DNA from: Pseudomonadota bacterium
Lineage (GTDB): Bacteria > Desulfobacterota > Desulfobacteria > Desulfobacterales > JBDRRP01
Direction of reading: 5' to 3'
Length of the DNA stretch: 64,000 nt
Assembly: GCA_043825735.1 (NCBI GenBank)
Contig: JBDRRP010000062.1
Span: 1 to 64,000, forward strand
Notes under the pieces: model-generated
The model's input: only the letters and a program-made list of their open reading frames with translations
Database searches by the model: none
Told to the model about the DNA's origin: nothing
Translations under genes and position numbers: made by a program
Shown here: one piece after another, positions 47,385 to 58,283 of the stretch
How positions within the stretch are numbered: the first letter of the stretch is position 1
How the letters are laid out: each line of letters begins with the position of its first letter

Positions 47385-47556
47385 GGGGCAGGTCCTCTCT
47401 ATCCTGGTCTCGGGCCGCAAAATAAATAAACCCGGCACTTCAACTACCACAGCCCCGGCAGCAAAATCCAGGAGAGCTCAAAAATGGCAGGTTGTAGCGC
47501 AACTCAATTGAGCATCATTATAGCCGACGTTGTCCGATGCAGCCATAGAATGGACC

Positions 47557-49632
47557 TTATCGCTCATCCTTATCCCTTCCGACCACATCCTCTGCCCGTT
47601 CCAGATTGTCTTTCACCGACTTGTCTTGGGGCGCATAGGTGAGCGCCTTGCGAAAATAGGCCACCGCCTCAACCGGCCGGCCGGCCCGTGCCAGAAGCAC
47701 CCCGAGGTTGTTGGCCGCAGGGGAAAAGGTCTCGTCAATCTGGAGGGCACGAAGGTACCACCGGGCGGCGGCGCCCCCATCACCCCGTTCCTCCATGGCC
47801 AGGGCCAGGCTATACGCTGCCTGCACGGTATTGGGATTCATGGCCAACACGATCTCGAACTGGGCAACGGCCTCGTCAATTCGGCCGCTCTTTGCCAGGG
47901 CATTCCCCAGGTTCACCCGAGCCGCCTCAAAGTCGCGCCGCAAAAGGATGGCTTTTTGAAAATGATCCATAGCAGTCTGGTCTTTGCCGAGAGCCGATAA
48001 AGATAAACCAAGGTTGTTGTAGGCTTCGGCAAAATCGGGCAGCCGGGTGATGGCCTCTCGATAGCTGAGCACCGCGGCTTCGGTAAGCCCCATGGCCGCC
48101 AGGGCATTGCCTGCGCCGTTACACGGATCTGCAAAGCCCGGATCCAGCACCATGGCTTTGCTGTAATCGGCCAAGGCGCCCTGGGAGTCTCCGGTTTCCA
48201 GCCGCACGTTTCCCCGCCCGTTATACGCCTCCGCACCGTTCGGGTTCAGGGCCAGCGCACGGTCGAACTGAACCATGGCCGCATGGGGCTCACCGATGGC
48301 GGCCAGACCGTATCCCAGATTGTTGCGCGCCAGATAGTTTTCCGCCGTTACTTCCAGGGCATGGGAAAACAGCGTCACCTCGTCCTTCCAGTACCCTACC
48401 TGCCGGTAGGTCAGTCCCGTCAATCCAATCGACAAAAGAACCAGTACAATGGAAACGGCGTTGCCCCTCCACCGCTGCCAACGCCACCGCGAGGCAGCCG
48501 CTGCCCCTGTCCAGGCCAGGGCGATAAAAACGCCGATCAAAGGAATATAGCTATATCGATCCGCCACAGCGTGCGGGCCGATCACCACCAGACCGCTGAC
48601 CGGTGCAAGGGTAATCAGATACCACAGCCAGCCCACGGCAGCAAAAGGAAGGCGCCGGCGGCACCATACCGCCATCGCCGTGACGACGACAAGAAGCATC
48701 CCGCTGAGCAAGGCCGCCCACATCGATGGCTCATGGGGGTAAGGGTAGATGACGGCAAGTTCCACCGGCCAGGCCATCTTCCATAGATACCAGAGGTATG
48801 CCACGGCCGTGTTGGCGATCCGGGTATCTAACGAAATTTTGGCCAGCGACTCGACGGCGCCACCCTGAGTCTGGGTGATCCAGGTCACAATACTGATGCC
48901 GATCACCACAAGAAAAAGGGGGATCTTCTCCCTGATCGGTCGGCCGAAAAAAAACCCGGCGGCCGGTTTCCCGTCCTGAAGGCGGTTCAATGGCCAGTAA
49001 TCGAGCAGCAGCAAAACGAAGGGCAAGGTCACCAGCATCGGCTTGGACATGATGCCAAGCAGAAAAACGAAAACAAGCAACAGATATCGCTTGATGCCGG
49101 GTGCTTTGGCATACCAGGCATAGACCCAGATGCTGAGCATCCAGAAAAACGTGCTCAGCACATCCTTTCGCTCGGTTATCCAGGCAACTGATTCCACATG
49201 CAGGGGATGAAGGGCGAACAGCGCCGCCACAAAGCCGCTGGGCCACAGGGCGCCGCTGATCCTCTTGAGGCAGAAAAAAACCAGCAGGGTATTGGCCAGA
49301 TGTAGCAGTAGATTGGTAAAATGGTATCCGCCGGCGTTCATTCCATAAACAGCGTGGTCCAAAAAAAGGGAGAGCCAGGTGAGGGGCACCCAATAATTGG
49401 CTTTTTCCGTGGCCCGGGTAAAACTCCATAAAAAAGCGTCCCAAGAAAACCCATTTCGAACAACCGCATTGTCGGTGACCCACAGGGGATCGTCAAAATT
49501 GACAAAACCAAATCCGCCCACCCGATGGTAGGCGACAAGCGTTGCCGCCACCAGTAAAAAGGCGATCCAGGCCGAAGGGTCGATGCCGGGCAGCCATCGC
49601 TGCCGCGTCTTTGGATAATCAACAGAATCCAT
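47557..49632 (-). CDS. TMTC-like GT-C membrane protein with C-terminal TPRs
   Basis: FVNFDD..VTDN, YWVPLT, NLLLHLAN, FALHPLHVESVAWITERKD, SKPM, ADRYSYIP, W..TLF, then multiple TPRs; ATG 49632. Confidence 0.85.
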   Translation of the reverse strand: MDSVDYPKTRQRWLPGIDPSAWIAFLLVAATLVAYHRVGGFGFVNFDDPLWVTDNAVVRNGFSWDAFLWSFTRATEKANYWVPLTWLSLFLDHAVYGMNAGGYHFTNLLLHLANTLLVFFCLKRISGALWPSGFVAALFALHPLHVESVAWITERKDVLSTFFWMLSIWVYAWYAKAPGIKRYLLLVFVFLLGIMSKPMLVTLPFVLLLLDYWPLNRLQDGKPAAGFFFGRPIREKIPLFLVVIGISIVTWITQTQGGAVESLAKISLDTRIANTAVAYLWYLWKMAWPVELAVIYPYPHEPSMWAALLSGMLLVVVTAMAVWCRRRLPFAAVGWLWYLITLAPVSGLVVIGPHAVADRYSYIPLIGVFIALAWTGAAAASRWRWQRWRGNAVSIVLVLLSIGLTGLTYRQVGYWKDEVTLFSHALEVTAENYLARNNLGYGLAAIGEPHAAMVQFDRALALNPNGAEAYNGRGNVRLETGDSQGALADYSKAMVLDPGFADPCNGAGNALAAMGLTEAAVLSYREAITRLPDFAEAYNNLGLSLSALGKDQTAMDHFQKAILLRRDFEAARVNLGNALAKSGRIDEAVAQFEIVLAMNPNTVQAAYSLALAMEERGDGGAAARWYLRALQIDETFSPAANNLGVLLARAGRPVEAVAYFRKALTYAPQDKSVKDNLERAEDVVGRDKDER

Positions 49633-49651
49633 TTCGATAGTTCTCTGACGC

Positions 49652-51697
49652 TTATTGCTCTGGCGGCGCCTTGCCTCTTGCGATTTCCAGATCGCGCCTG
49701 AATTCCAGGTGTTGCGGTTGAAGTTCTGATGCCTTTTCAAACTGAACGACCGCCGCTTCGAAAAGTCCATTGTTCATCAGGGCGATGCCCAGGTTGTGGT
49801 GAATCTCAGCGCTGTCGGGTGCATATTGCAGGGCGGTGCGATAGCGCCCGATCGCCTCGTCAATCCGGCCGGCCATATAAAGGGCGTTGCCCATGCTGTA
49901 GAGGACCTCAGCGTTGTCAGCCGACAGTGCCAGCGCTTTCTCGAAGTGGGATAGGGCCGCTTCGAATTGTCCCATGGTTATGAGCACCAGGCCGATGTTT
50001 TTTTGAGCAGTGCCGTAATCGTCCGGGTGATCAGGTCCGACCCGTGAAAAATTCGCCAGAGCCGCTTCATTTTGTCCGGTTCTGGCCAGAACCACCCCCA
50101 GATTGATACGGGCGCTATCATTTTCAGGCACCAATATGAGGGCTTTTTGATAATTATCGATGGCCTCTTCGATCCGGTTCTGCATGGCCAGGACAGTGGC
50201 CAGGTTGGCGTACGCATAGGGGTGGGCCGGATCCAAGGCAATGACATGCCGGTATTGTCGTTCGGCTTCGACGATTCGTCCGCGTTTTTCGAGTGCGACT
50301 CCGAGTTTGTTGTTTGGCCGGGGCTTTTGCGGCGATTTGGCCGCACTGTCCTGCCAGAGGGTCAAATCGTCCTGCCAGACCCTATTGCGCTCATTAGTCC
50401 AAAGCCCAAGACTGAGCACTAAAACCCCGAGTGCCATAGCCTTGGTTCGCCTTCCGAACCCGGTACGGGCGGCGCCGGCCGTCAGTGCGAGGATCAGAAA
50501 CATGCTGGGGAGGTAGGTGCGGTGTTCGAAAACCAGTTCCAAACCGATAACCGAGGATTCGATGACAAGATTGCCCAGAAACCACAACAGAGCGAAACTC
50601 AGCAGGCGATGTCGCCGCGCGGACACCAGTGCCAACAGAAAAATCGCGGTCACTGCGATGATCGCCGCCATCGTCGCCGGTGGCGCCAGGAGCGATCGGG
50701 AAATCTCGAAATCGTGATCCAGGTTTAACCGGTCCGGGCGGGGAAAGGCCAAAAGGCTGAGATAAAAAAGCACCACCCGTGGCTGCGTCAAAAGCCGCTC
50801 AATTACGGTAAAATCACGGTGCCAATAATCGCCGATGATCCGACCCAGGGGGTTTTCCCCCAGGTAGAAAAAAAGAATCCCCACAGCAACGGCGAATAGA
50901 AAGGCCGCCCACGGCCATTGACGACGCAGCCAACGGGGATCCAGGTTCTGAAAAAAGAACCATTCATATAACAGCAGAAAAAATGGCAGGGTGACGGCGA
51001 TCTCTTTGGACCCGACGGCCAACAGTCCGGACAACGCAGCAAGTGAAAAACCAGCGGTCTTTTTCCAGGGCCCGGAAGCGATCCGGCTGCGCACATAAAA
51101 CAGCATGGATAGAATGTAAAACATGGCCGCCATGCTGTTCATGCGCTGGACGATAAAGGTCACGGACTGGATCTGGAGAGGATGGATCATCCACACCGTG
51201 GCGGCGGCGAGTGCCACCAGATCCGTCCCGTCACGGGCAGCGCCTCGCGCCCCCGCCGTATCGCGCTGGCCTTCAACTCCGGCGCCGCGGATCAGTCTCA
51301 AGGTCTCCGCGGCCAGCAGGTAAAAAACCATGCCGGTGACAATGTGCACCAGGATATTGACACAATGGTACCCCGCCACCGCATACCCGCCAAACCGGTA
51401 GTTGATGGCGAAACTGACATTGGAAACCGGGCGCCGGGTCTGTGGGCTTTTAAAGGCGGCCTGCAACAGTCCGGATGCGTCCAACCGGTCCAGCCGGATG
51501 GCGGGGTTATCAACGATATTGGGGATGTCGTCGAAAATAAACGGGTATCTCAGAGTACCGGCATAGACGAGGATCACCAGTATGACTGGAATGAGAAGGA
51601 GAATCGACTGATGAATAAGCGGCGCCGTTGTTCCAGGCCTCCTGGTGGCATTGACACCGACGGCACGGGTTCGAGCAGTCACGGATGTTTCTACCAT
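49652..51697 (-). CDS. TMTC-like GT-C membrane protein with C-terminal TPRs
   Basis: FIFDDIPNIVDN, RPVS, HPLQIQSVTFIVQR, SKE, FEHRTYLPS, RNRVWQDDLTLW, TPRs. Confidence 0.85.
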   Translation of the reverse strand: MVETSVTARTRAVGVNATRRPGTTAPLIHQSILLLIPVILVILVYAGTLRYPFIFDDIPNIVDNPAIRLDRLDASGLLQAAFKSPQTRRPVSNVSFAINYRFGGYAVAGYHCVNILVHIVTGMVFYLLAAETLRLIRGAGVEGQRDTAGARGAARDGTDLVALAAATVWMIHPLQIQSVTFIVQRMNSMAAMFYILSMLFYVRSRIASGPWKKTAGFSLAALSGLLAVGSKEIAVTLPFFLLLYEWFFFQNLDPRWLRRQWPWAAFLFAVAVGILFFYLGENPLGRIIGDYWHRDFTVIERLLTQPRVVLFYLSLLAFPRPDRLNLDHDFEISRSLLAPPATMAAIIAVTAIFLLALVSARRHRLLSFALLWFLGNLVIESSVIGLELVFEHRTYLPSMFLILALTAGAARTGFGRRTKAMALGVLVLSLGLWTNERNRVWQDDLTLWQDSAAKSPQKPRPNNKLGVALEKRGRIVEAERQYRHVIALDPAHPYAYANLATVLAMQNRIEEAIDNYQKALILVPENDSARINLGVVLARTGQNEAALANFSRVGPDHPDDYGTAQKNIGLVLITMGQFEAALSHFEKALALSADNAEVLYSMGNALYMAGRIDEAIGRYRTALQYAPDSAEIHHNLGIALMNNGLFEAAVVQFEKASELQPQHLEFRRDLEIARGKAPPEQ

Positions 51698-51833
51698 AAG
51701 CGCGCCCTTTTGACTGCCTCACCGGATTTCCCGGGCACCGTTTTCATCCTTTCGTTCCTGTCCATGGTCTGGTCTTTTATCTGATTTCCCGGGATGTTGC
51801 AACCGACTGTGGGATGTGTTAGGTCTCCCTTTC

Positions 51834-53966
51834 ATGGAGAAACAAACCTGGAAGAGAATGGGGCCGGCCCTTGCAGGAGTTCTTCTCATCATTGTCTTTT
51901 TCCTTCCTGTCCTTCTAAGTTCAAAAACCTTTTTTTTCCGCGATATTCACCGCTTCTTCTATCCCATGAAGTATTTTCTCAGCCAGAGTTTCCAAAGCGG
52001 CCAAATCCCCTTCTGGAACCCGGGCATTTTCTGCGGTTCGCCATTTATGAGCGACATGCAAAGTGGCGTATTCTATCCGCCGTCGGTTCTATTTTTTCTT
52101 CTCCCCTTTCCTTTCTCATTCAACGGCTACATTCTCTTTCATTTTTTTGTGGCCTTCTACTTTTTCTATCTCTTCATCCGAGCCCACGGCCTAAGTTCCG
52201 GAGCCGCTCTGATCGGAGCCATCGCCTACACTTACGGCGGCTTCACGATCTCTTCGGTCAACACGTTGAACAACTTGTCAGCGTCTGTCTGGCTGCCTGC
52301 CGTCCTCTGGGCGCATCAAGAAGCGGTTCAAAAACGATCCGTCCAGGGCTTTTTTCTTGTGACAATCTTTCTATCCCTGTCCCTTCTAGGCGGTGAACCC
52401 CAGATCTTCGCCATGGGTGCCGCCCTTCTGGTCCTATCGGTCCTGACCAGCGGTGGATCGGACGGGCCGAGGGGGCCCATCAAACAGGCGCTTATAGCTA
52501 CAGCCCTGTGCCTGGCGGCAGTGACCGTGGCCATGGTGCAGATCGGCCCTACCTGGACCGACTTTCAATTTTCAGCGCGCTCCGGAGGGATCTCCTTCGA
52601 TGACGCTGCCCAGCATAGCCTCGACCCGGGGCGCCTTGCAAACTTTCTGTTCCCCTTGCGTTTTACCGAAAATTTCGTCATCTCCCCGGAGAGCCTCACG
52701 CATTTTTTTCCTGGCGGCAGCCTGCCCTGGCTGCTTACGATCTATTCGGGATTTCTCACCTGTCCTCTGGCTGTTGCCGGCATTTTCAACGGTCCGATCC
52801 GCAGGCGGCGCTGGCGGATAATGTGGGTCTGCGTTTTTGTTATCGGCTTGATTCTTTCGTTGGGGCGCCATACACCAGCCTTCCTTCTCTTCTACAAACT
52901 TCTTCCTATTTTTCGTTTTCCGGAAAAATTTGTCTATCTGTGCAGTTTCGCACTATCTGTTCTGGCCGCAGAAGGCATCGACGCCATGGGCACCATCCTG
53001 ACCAGAACCAAGGCCCGAGTCGCTCCGGTTCTGGTCGTCGCACTGATGGCCGTTGCAATGACAGCCGATCTGTACACACAGCACCGCTACCTCAATCCGA
53101 TCTGGGAGAGCACCGATTATGAGCGCCGCCACCCGCTCCTGCAGCCTATCGTCAACGACAAAGGACTTTTCAGAGTCTTTATCGACGGCCAGAATCTTGC
53201 GCCGTCGCTGGAACCGGAAACCATTTTAAGCCATCACGCCCGCTGGCAGGCTTTCTGGATGCCCAATCTCGGAATGATTCATCACATCGACCACGTCGGC
53301 GGCCGGACAGGTTTGGAACTGCGCCACCAGTACCTCATCACCGAACTGCTGGCCAAGCCATGGGCGGAAAAGCTCGTTTTCCTCAGAATGGCCAATGTCC
53401 GCTATATCGTCTCCGGCGCCCCTCTTGATCGGGAACCGGCCCTGACCGGTCATATCACACGAATCAACCCGTTGGTCTTTCGACTCGACACGGCGCTGCC
53501 CCGGGCCTGGCTGGTGGGTAATCTTCGCCCCCTGGCAACCGGGCGTCTCAACGATCTGCATCAAGCCGGTTTTGATCCGGCCGTAACGGCCCTGACACCT
53601 GAGCCTTTTGACGAGCGGTTCAAACGCCCCAGTCATACGCCCGTTACAGAGATCCGTTACAACCGGCCCAACCGGATTCACGTCACGGTCGATACGCCGG
53701 AACCGGCTGTGCTGGTTGTCTCCGAATCGGCCTATCCGGGCTGGCGGGTTCAGGTAGACGGTGACAAACGCCCCGGTCTGTGGTTGAATCTCTTTTTTCA
53801 AGGGGTGGTGCTGGAATCGGGTCGCCACGAAGTGGTCTTTTTCTTTCGACCGCGGTATTTCTCAGCCTATGCCGGAATCAGTGCGGCCGCGCTGGCCCTC
53901 ATGGGTTTGTCCTGGATGCTGGCGATCTACCTCACCAAACAGCCATTCTTAGGAACGCGGGAGTGA
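51834..53966 (+). CDS. YfhO-family GT-C membrane protein
   Basis: [60 protein letters not shown]; start 51834 (or 51816). Confidence 0.85.
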   Translation: MEKQTWKRMGPALAGVLLIIVFFLPVLLSSKTFFFRDIHRFFYPMKYFLSQSFQSGQIPFWNPGIFCGSPFMSDMQSGVFYPPSVLFFLLPFPFSFNGYILFHFFVAFYFFYLFIRAHGLSSGAALIGAIAYTYGGFTISSVNTLNNLSASVWLPAVLWAHQEAVQKRSVQGFFLVTIFLSLSLLGGEPQIFAMGAALLVLSVLTSGGSDGPRGPIKQALIATALCLAAVTVAMVQIGPTWTDFQFSARSGGISFDDAAQHSLDPGRLANFLFPLRFTENFVISPESLTHFFPGGSLPWLLTIYSGFLTCPLAVAGIFNGPIRRRRWRIMWVCVFVIGLILSLGRHTPAFLLFYKLLPIFRFPEKFVYLCSFALSVLAAEGIDAMGTILTRTKARVAPVLVVALMAVAMTADLYTQHRYLNPIWESTDYERRHPLLQPIVNDKGLFRVFIDGQNLAPSLEPETILSHHARWQAFWMPNLGMIHHIDHVGGRTGLELRHQYLITELLAKPWAEKLVFLRMANVRYIVSGAPLDREPALTGHITRINPLVFRLDTALPRAWLVGNLRPLATGRLNDLHQAGFDPAVTALTPEPFDERFKRPSHTPVTEIRYNRPNRIHVTVDTPEPAVLVVSESAYPGWRVQVDGDKRPGLWLNLFFQGVVLESGRHEVVFFFRPRYFSAYAGISAAALALMGLSWMLAIYLTKQPFLGTRE

Positions 53967-53967
53967 C

Positions 53968-54669
53968 ATGGCAACGCCCCCCAAGCTATCGATCATCATC
54001 CCCTGCTACAACGAAAACCAGTTTCTGCCCCGGCTCATCGAACGGGTTCAGCAGTCTCCGATCGACAACAAAGAAATCATCCTTGTGGACGACGCCTCCA
54101 ACGACGGCACAACAGCGCTGATCCGCGGTGGCATCGCGGCCGAGGTCGATGCAGTGGTCTACCACGAACGCAACATGGGCAAAGGCGCAGCCATCCGCTC
54201 AGGCTTGGCTAAAGTCACCGGAGATATCGTAATCATTCAGGATGCCGATCTGGAATACGACCCTGCTGAATACCCTAAACTGATCGCTCCGATCCTTGAC
54301 GGTCGGGCAGATGTGGTCTTCGGTTCCCGGTTCACCGGTGAAGGCCCCCACCGGGTGCATCTCTTCTGGCACTATGTCGGAAACCGTTTCCTCACCCTGC
54401 TGTCCAACATGGTGACCAACCTGAATCTCACTGATATGGAAACCTGCTACAAGGTCTTCCGAACCGAAGTGATTCGAAGGATCACCCTCGAGCAGAACCG
54501 CTTCGGCATTGAACCTGAGCTGACGGCCAAGGTGGCCCGGCTCGACTGCCGCATTTATGAAGTGGGCATCTCCTACTCGGGCAGATCCTATGCCGAAGGA
54601 AAGAAAATCAACTGGAAAGACGGCTTATGGGCGGTCTATTGTATCATTCGATATGGGATTGTCGGATAG
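53968..54669 (+). CDS. GT2, polyprenyl-phosphate sugar synthase (DPM1-like)
   Basis: [55 protein letters not shown]. Confidence 0.92.
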   Translation: MATPPKLSIIIPCYNENQFLPRLIERVQQSPIDNKEIILVDDASNDGTTALIRGGIAAEVDAVVYHERNMGKGAAIRSGLAKVTGDIVIIQDADLEYDPAEYPKLIAPILDGRADVVFGSRFTGEGPHRVHLFWHYVGNRFLTLLSNMVTNLNLTDMETCYKVFRTEVIRRITLEQNRFGIEPELTAKVARLDCRIYEVGISYSGRSYAEGKKINWKDGLWAVYCIIRYGIVG

Positions 54670-54690
54670 CGACATCCGGGATGTTGATGC

Positions 54691-55401
54691 ATGGAACGAT
54701 TCACTTATCAGGGTCAGGAGTTGGCTCTTTTTAGGGACGCTGTAAACTGGAAACGCTACTGGTCTTCAATTCTCCGCCCGTTTGTTACCGGTCGCGTCCT
54801 GGATGTCGGCGCCGGATTGGGCGACAATGCCCGCTACCTTCATAACAGCACCGTGACCGCATGGTGTTTTCTCGAACCCGATGAGCGGCTTTTGCACCAT
54901 AATCAGCGACAACATGATGGAGAACCGGGGTTGGCGTCTCCAAGCTTTTTCACCGGAACCATCGCCAGCCTTCCTGCGGGTAAAACATTCGATACCATCA
55001 TCTATATCGATGTCCTGGAGCATATTTTAGACGATCGTCAGGAACTGGAACGCGCATCGCGTCATCTGAAGGCAGGCGGTCACCTGATCGTCTTATCCCC
55101 GGCCTTTCCTGCCCTGTTCTCTGATTTTGACAAATCAATCGGTCACTATCGAAGATACACCCGGCAGTCACTGATTGATATTGCCCCGCGACGGCTTGGC
55201 CTGATCAAGCTGCACTATATCGACGCCGTCGGCATGGTGACGTCGTTGGCCAACCGTTTTCTGCTGCGGAGCGCGCTTCCGAACCCAACGCTAATCCGCA
55301 CCTGGGATCGCCTCCTGGTCCCCATTTCGCGTATCGTGGACCCCATCCTGCCTTTTAGACTCGGCAAATCAATCTATGGCGTATGGACGCGTTCCATGTA
55401 A
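54691..55401 (+). CDS. Class I SAM-dependent methyltransferase
   Basis: VLDVGAGLG, FDTIIYIDVLEHI, PA..D..IGHYRRY. Confidence 0.88.
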   Translation: MERFTYQGQELALFRDAVNWKRYWSSILRPFVTGRVLDVGAGLGDNARYLHNSTVTAWCFLEPDERLLHHNQRQHDGEPGLASPSFFTGTIASLPAGKTFDTIIYIDVLEHILDDRQELERASRHLKAGGHLIVLSPAFPALFSDFDKSIGHYRRYTRQSLIDIAPRRLGLIKLHYIDAVGMVTSLANRFLLRSALPNPTLIRTWDRLLVPISRIVDPILPFRLGKSIYGVWTRSM

Positions 55402-55450
55402 AGAAACGATCGCCGATTCAACGCCGCTGTCTTCGACATGAATGGCCGGT

Positions 55451-57475
55451 CTATCCGTCCCGGTCAGACACAAGGCGTCCCCAGCTTTCAGGCGGACCAT
55501 TCAGTGCGCGGTCCAGTTCTCTGGCCGATACATGGTAAATCAGAATGGAATAGCCTACGTATGCATCCGGTTCACGCTGTTTCAGGGCGGCGCACAGACG
55601 GGCGAACTGTAACAGGCGCAGCTGACCGGCAATGTATTGGATTTTCTCACTGCTCCCCCAGGTGTCACTCAGCCGCTGCCTGGCCTGCGGATCGTCACCA
55701 GCCGTCCGAAGGTCTTCGGCCATCTTACGGGCCATGGTATAGGCCCGTTCGTAGTCAGGTTTCCAGCCACCGGAGAAACCATAGACCTGCTGGAGTTCGG
55801 TGGCGCTGATGCAGTAATCGCCTGGCCCGAGTGTCGTGGCGAATCTTCGCCACTGGCGCATCCAGGTTAGATTCCGGACTTTAATAATCCGTGCTGTCAG
55901 GCGGTAGAAAGCAGGGCTCGCTGTACCGAAATAGGCGAGATAGACCGGTTGCTGCCGGGCGTTCTCTCTTTGACGGATGTCGATCCAGGTCTTCAGACCG
56001 GGAAGGTCCTGCCCCCAGTCCAGAGAACTTTCCACCAGCAGACGGTATCCTCGGCGCGGTCCACCGGCCGCCGCATTAAAAAAGGCCAGGTAATGAGGCC
56101 AGATGGCGAGCGACTCGGCCATAAAGACGCCCAGGGCCAGAATCGGCACAAGCCGCACGAGCATGCGCCGGTGCCGAAACCATCGCCCCCCGGCACCGGC
56201 AAAGATGAACAGGGCCGGATAAAGGGGCAGTATGTGTCGATGGCCGATGTTAATGCTCGATGAAACAGCGACTGTTGCGTAAACCGCGAACAAAATACCC
56301 AACGGCCAAAGCTCGTAGAGAAAAAATTGTTTCTTTCTACCGGCTATCGCGGCAACGGCCAGCAGTAGTAAAGCAAATCCCCCAATAGGTGTCTTGACGG
56401 CAAAGCAAAATGGGAAAAACCGCCACCCCCCCGTTTCGCTGTATCGACCGTCCATGAAGGTCGGGCGCTGCTTGGCCATGTTGAGCACGAAACTCAATCC
56501 GTAGAGATAGGCCTCCGGCAGCAACCGGTAGTCCCTGCAGAGCCGGATGACGGGCTCAGCAGCACCGCTTCCCGCCAGTTGCGCTTCCCATTTCACGAAG
56601 GAAAGATGATTTTCTGTCGGCAGGCCGGCGGCGGCGGAAAACCGAAATCCATAGTACCCCCAGATGGCGCCCCAACAAACCACGGCCGCAGCAAGGCTGG
56701 CTGCCAGGAGAACGGCTGCTTGCTTGCCATGGTTGTCGACGTGGAACTTGATCCCCAGCCGCAGTGGGCGGGCCGGCCGCTGCGCCAGTCTTACCAGCCC
56801 CATGATCAGGGCCATGGGTACGATGAGGGCACCGGACATTTTTGAAAGCATCAGTCCTGCCGTGGCCGCACCGGCCCAGAGAATGGTTGCGCGGTCAACC
56901 CGGTGCATCAAGGCCCAGAGGGTGCGCACGGCCGCCAGAAAAAACAGGGCCGAGGCCGTATCTGAAGTGGTCAAACGCCCGTGGGCCAACAAGGTCGGGC
57001 TGAAAGCGAACAGCGTCAGAGAGACGAGGGCGCCGTGAAATCCGAAAATCTCTTCAGACCACGAAAAAATCAGAAGGCCCATGAGAAGGCTCAGGCAGAC
57101 GATCATGACCCGGCCGGCAAAGAGCATCCGGCCGGCGTCGTTACCCCGCTCGAAAAAAAAGATATGGGAGGCCATCCAGGTATTTTGCGCCATCTTCTCA
57201 TCGGGCTCGGGAAAATCAAGGTCCATAAAGAGAAGGGGCAGCGCCGCCCAGCGTTGTGGCAGATTGCCGTTTTCAGGCTGGTAGCGATAATCGTTCCGGG
57301 TCCAGTAACTATAGCCCGTGGTCAGATGGATCAACTCGTCATAGGTGTTTGATTTTTCGAAAACGCTGGTGACGGCAAGAAGGCCGTGGCAGGTCAGCAG
57401 GGCCACCACGACCCAGCGCCGAAAGCTGTGCGAAGGTCGCCCGGCGTCGTTATGTTCAAGCGATGCCTGATCCAT
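55451..57475 (-). CDS. GT-C glycosyltransferase (ArnT/PMT family)
   Basis: SNTYDELIH..GY, LAHGRLTTSD, SKMS, IGHRHILPLYP, YLAFFN, ESSLDWGQDL. Confidence 0.82.
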   Translation of the reverse strand: MDQASLEHNDAGRPSHSFRRWVVVALLTCHGLLAVTSVFEKSNTYDELIHLTTGYSYWTRNDYRYQPENGNLPQRWAALPLLFMDLDFPEPDEKMAQNTWMASHIFFFERGNDAGRMLFAGRVMIVCLSLLMGLLIFSWSEEIFGFHGALVSLTLFAFSPTLLAHGRLTTSDTASALFFLAAVRTLWALMHRVDRATILWAGAATAGLMLSKMSGALIVPMALIMGLVRLAQRPARPLRLGIKFHVDNHGKQAAVLLAASLAAAVVCWGAIWGYYGFRFSAAAGLPTENHLSFVKWEAQLAGSGAAEPVIRLCRDYRLLPEAYLYGLSFVLNMAKQRPTFMDGRYSETGGWRFFPFCFAVKTPIGGFALLLLAVAAIAGRKKQFFLYELWPLGILFAVYATVAVSSSINIGHRHILPLYPALFIFAGAGGRWFRHRRMLVRLVPILALGVFMAESLAIWPHYLAFFNAAAGGPRRGYRLLVESSLDWGQDLPGLKTWIDIRQRENARQQPVYLAYFGTASPAFYRLTARIIKVRNLTWMRQWRRFATTLGPGDYCISATELQQVYGFSGGWKPDYERAYTMARKMAEDLRTAGDDPQARQRLSDTWGSSEKIQYIAGQLRLLQFARLCAALKQREPDAYVGYSILIYHVSARELDRALNGPPESWGRLVSDRDG

Positions 57476-57548
57476 TAGGGTCTGTTCTATGGTTGAATAC
57501 GCATCGGTGGTTATCCCAAGGCTCGCAGCGAGGCATGGGTAAACACTG

Positions 57549-58280
57549 TTACGGAATGCGGTAGCGCCCTAGAAGATGGTTTTGCCAAATCTGCACTGTT
57601 TCGAGGATGGTCACCAGGGAATCCCGGCCCACCCGGACTGCTGAATCGAAGCTGTGATACCAGTCCACGGGTACTTCCGCCACCGCGTAGCCGAGTTTTT
57701 TGGCGATGAAGAGCAATTCCGCGTCGTATCCCCACCGGTCGATGCGCGCGCGGGAAAAAATGTCCGCGGCGGCCGCTGCGGAAAACCCTTTCAGCCCGCA
57801 AGTAATATCGCTGACCGGCAGTCCGAAACCCCAGAGAATTATTCGGCGGTATACGGCGCCCATAAACTGCCGCAATGCGCCTTCTCGTATTCGAAGGGCC
57901 GAGGCTTCCAGGTGCCGTGACCCGATGACGACAGGGTCGCCTTGCGCCAACCGGTCAAAAATCCGTCCGGCAAATTCAATCGGCACGGCCAGATCCGCGT
58001 CCATGAAAAGGCGACGCTCCCCTTGTGCCAACATCATACCGGTGCGCACCGCATGCCCCTTTCCCCGATTGACACCGGAGTCGATCAAACGGATGCGGTC
58101 GTGGTCGCCGGCCAAGCGACGCGCGATGGCTGCACTCGTATCGGTGCTGCCGTCGTTGACCAGGAGCAGTTCCCATTCCCGGTGACAGGAAGCCAGATAG
58201 GCGGCCACCCGACCGACGTTGGCTTCCAGGCAACGGGCCTCGTTGAAAAGTGGTATCACCAAGGAGACCTTCACACTCAC
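57549..58280 (-). CDS. GT2, dolichyl-phosphate beta-glucosyltransferase-like
   Basis: IPLFNEA, NRGKGHAVRTG, FMDADLA, GSRH, DITCGLKGF, WGYDAELL, EVPVDW. Confidence 0.9.
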   Translation of the reverse strand: MSVKVSLVIPLFNEARCLEANVGRVAAYLASCHREWELLLVNDGSTDTSAAIARRLAGDHDRIRLIDSGVNRGKGHAVRTGMMLAQGERRLFMDADLAVPIEFAGRIFDRLAQGDPVVIGSRHLEASALRIREGALRQFMGAVYRRIILWGFGLPVSDITCGLKGFSAAAAADIFSRARIDRWGYDAELLFIAKKLGYAVAEVPVDWYHSFDSAVRVGRDSLVTILETVQIWQNHLLGRYRIP

Positions 58281-58283
58281 GGT

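Noticed and set aside
47503..47522. TATAAT (minus strand) plus CTCAATTGAG palindrome upstream of the GT2 at 47384
   Set aside because: No convincing -35 box and only a short palindrome; plausible internal promoter but too weak to list.
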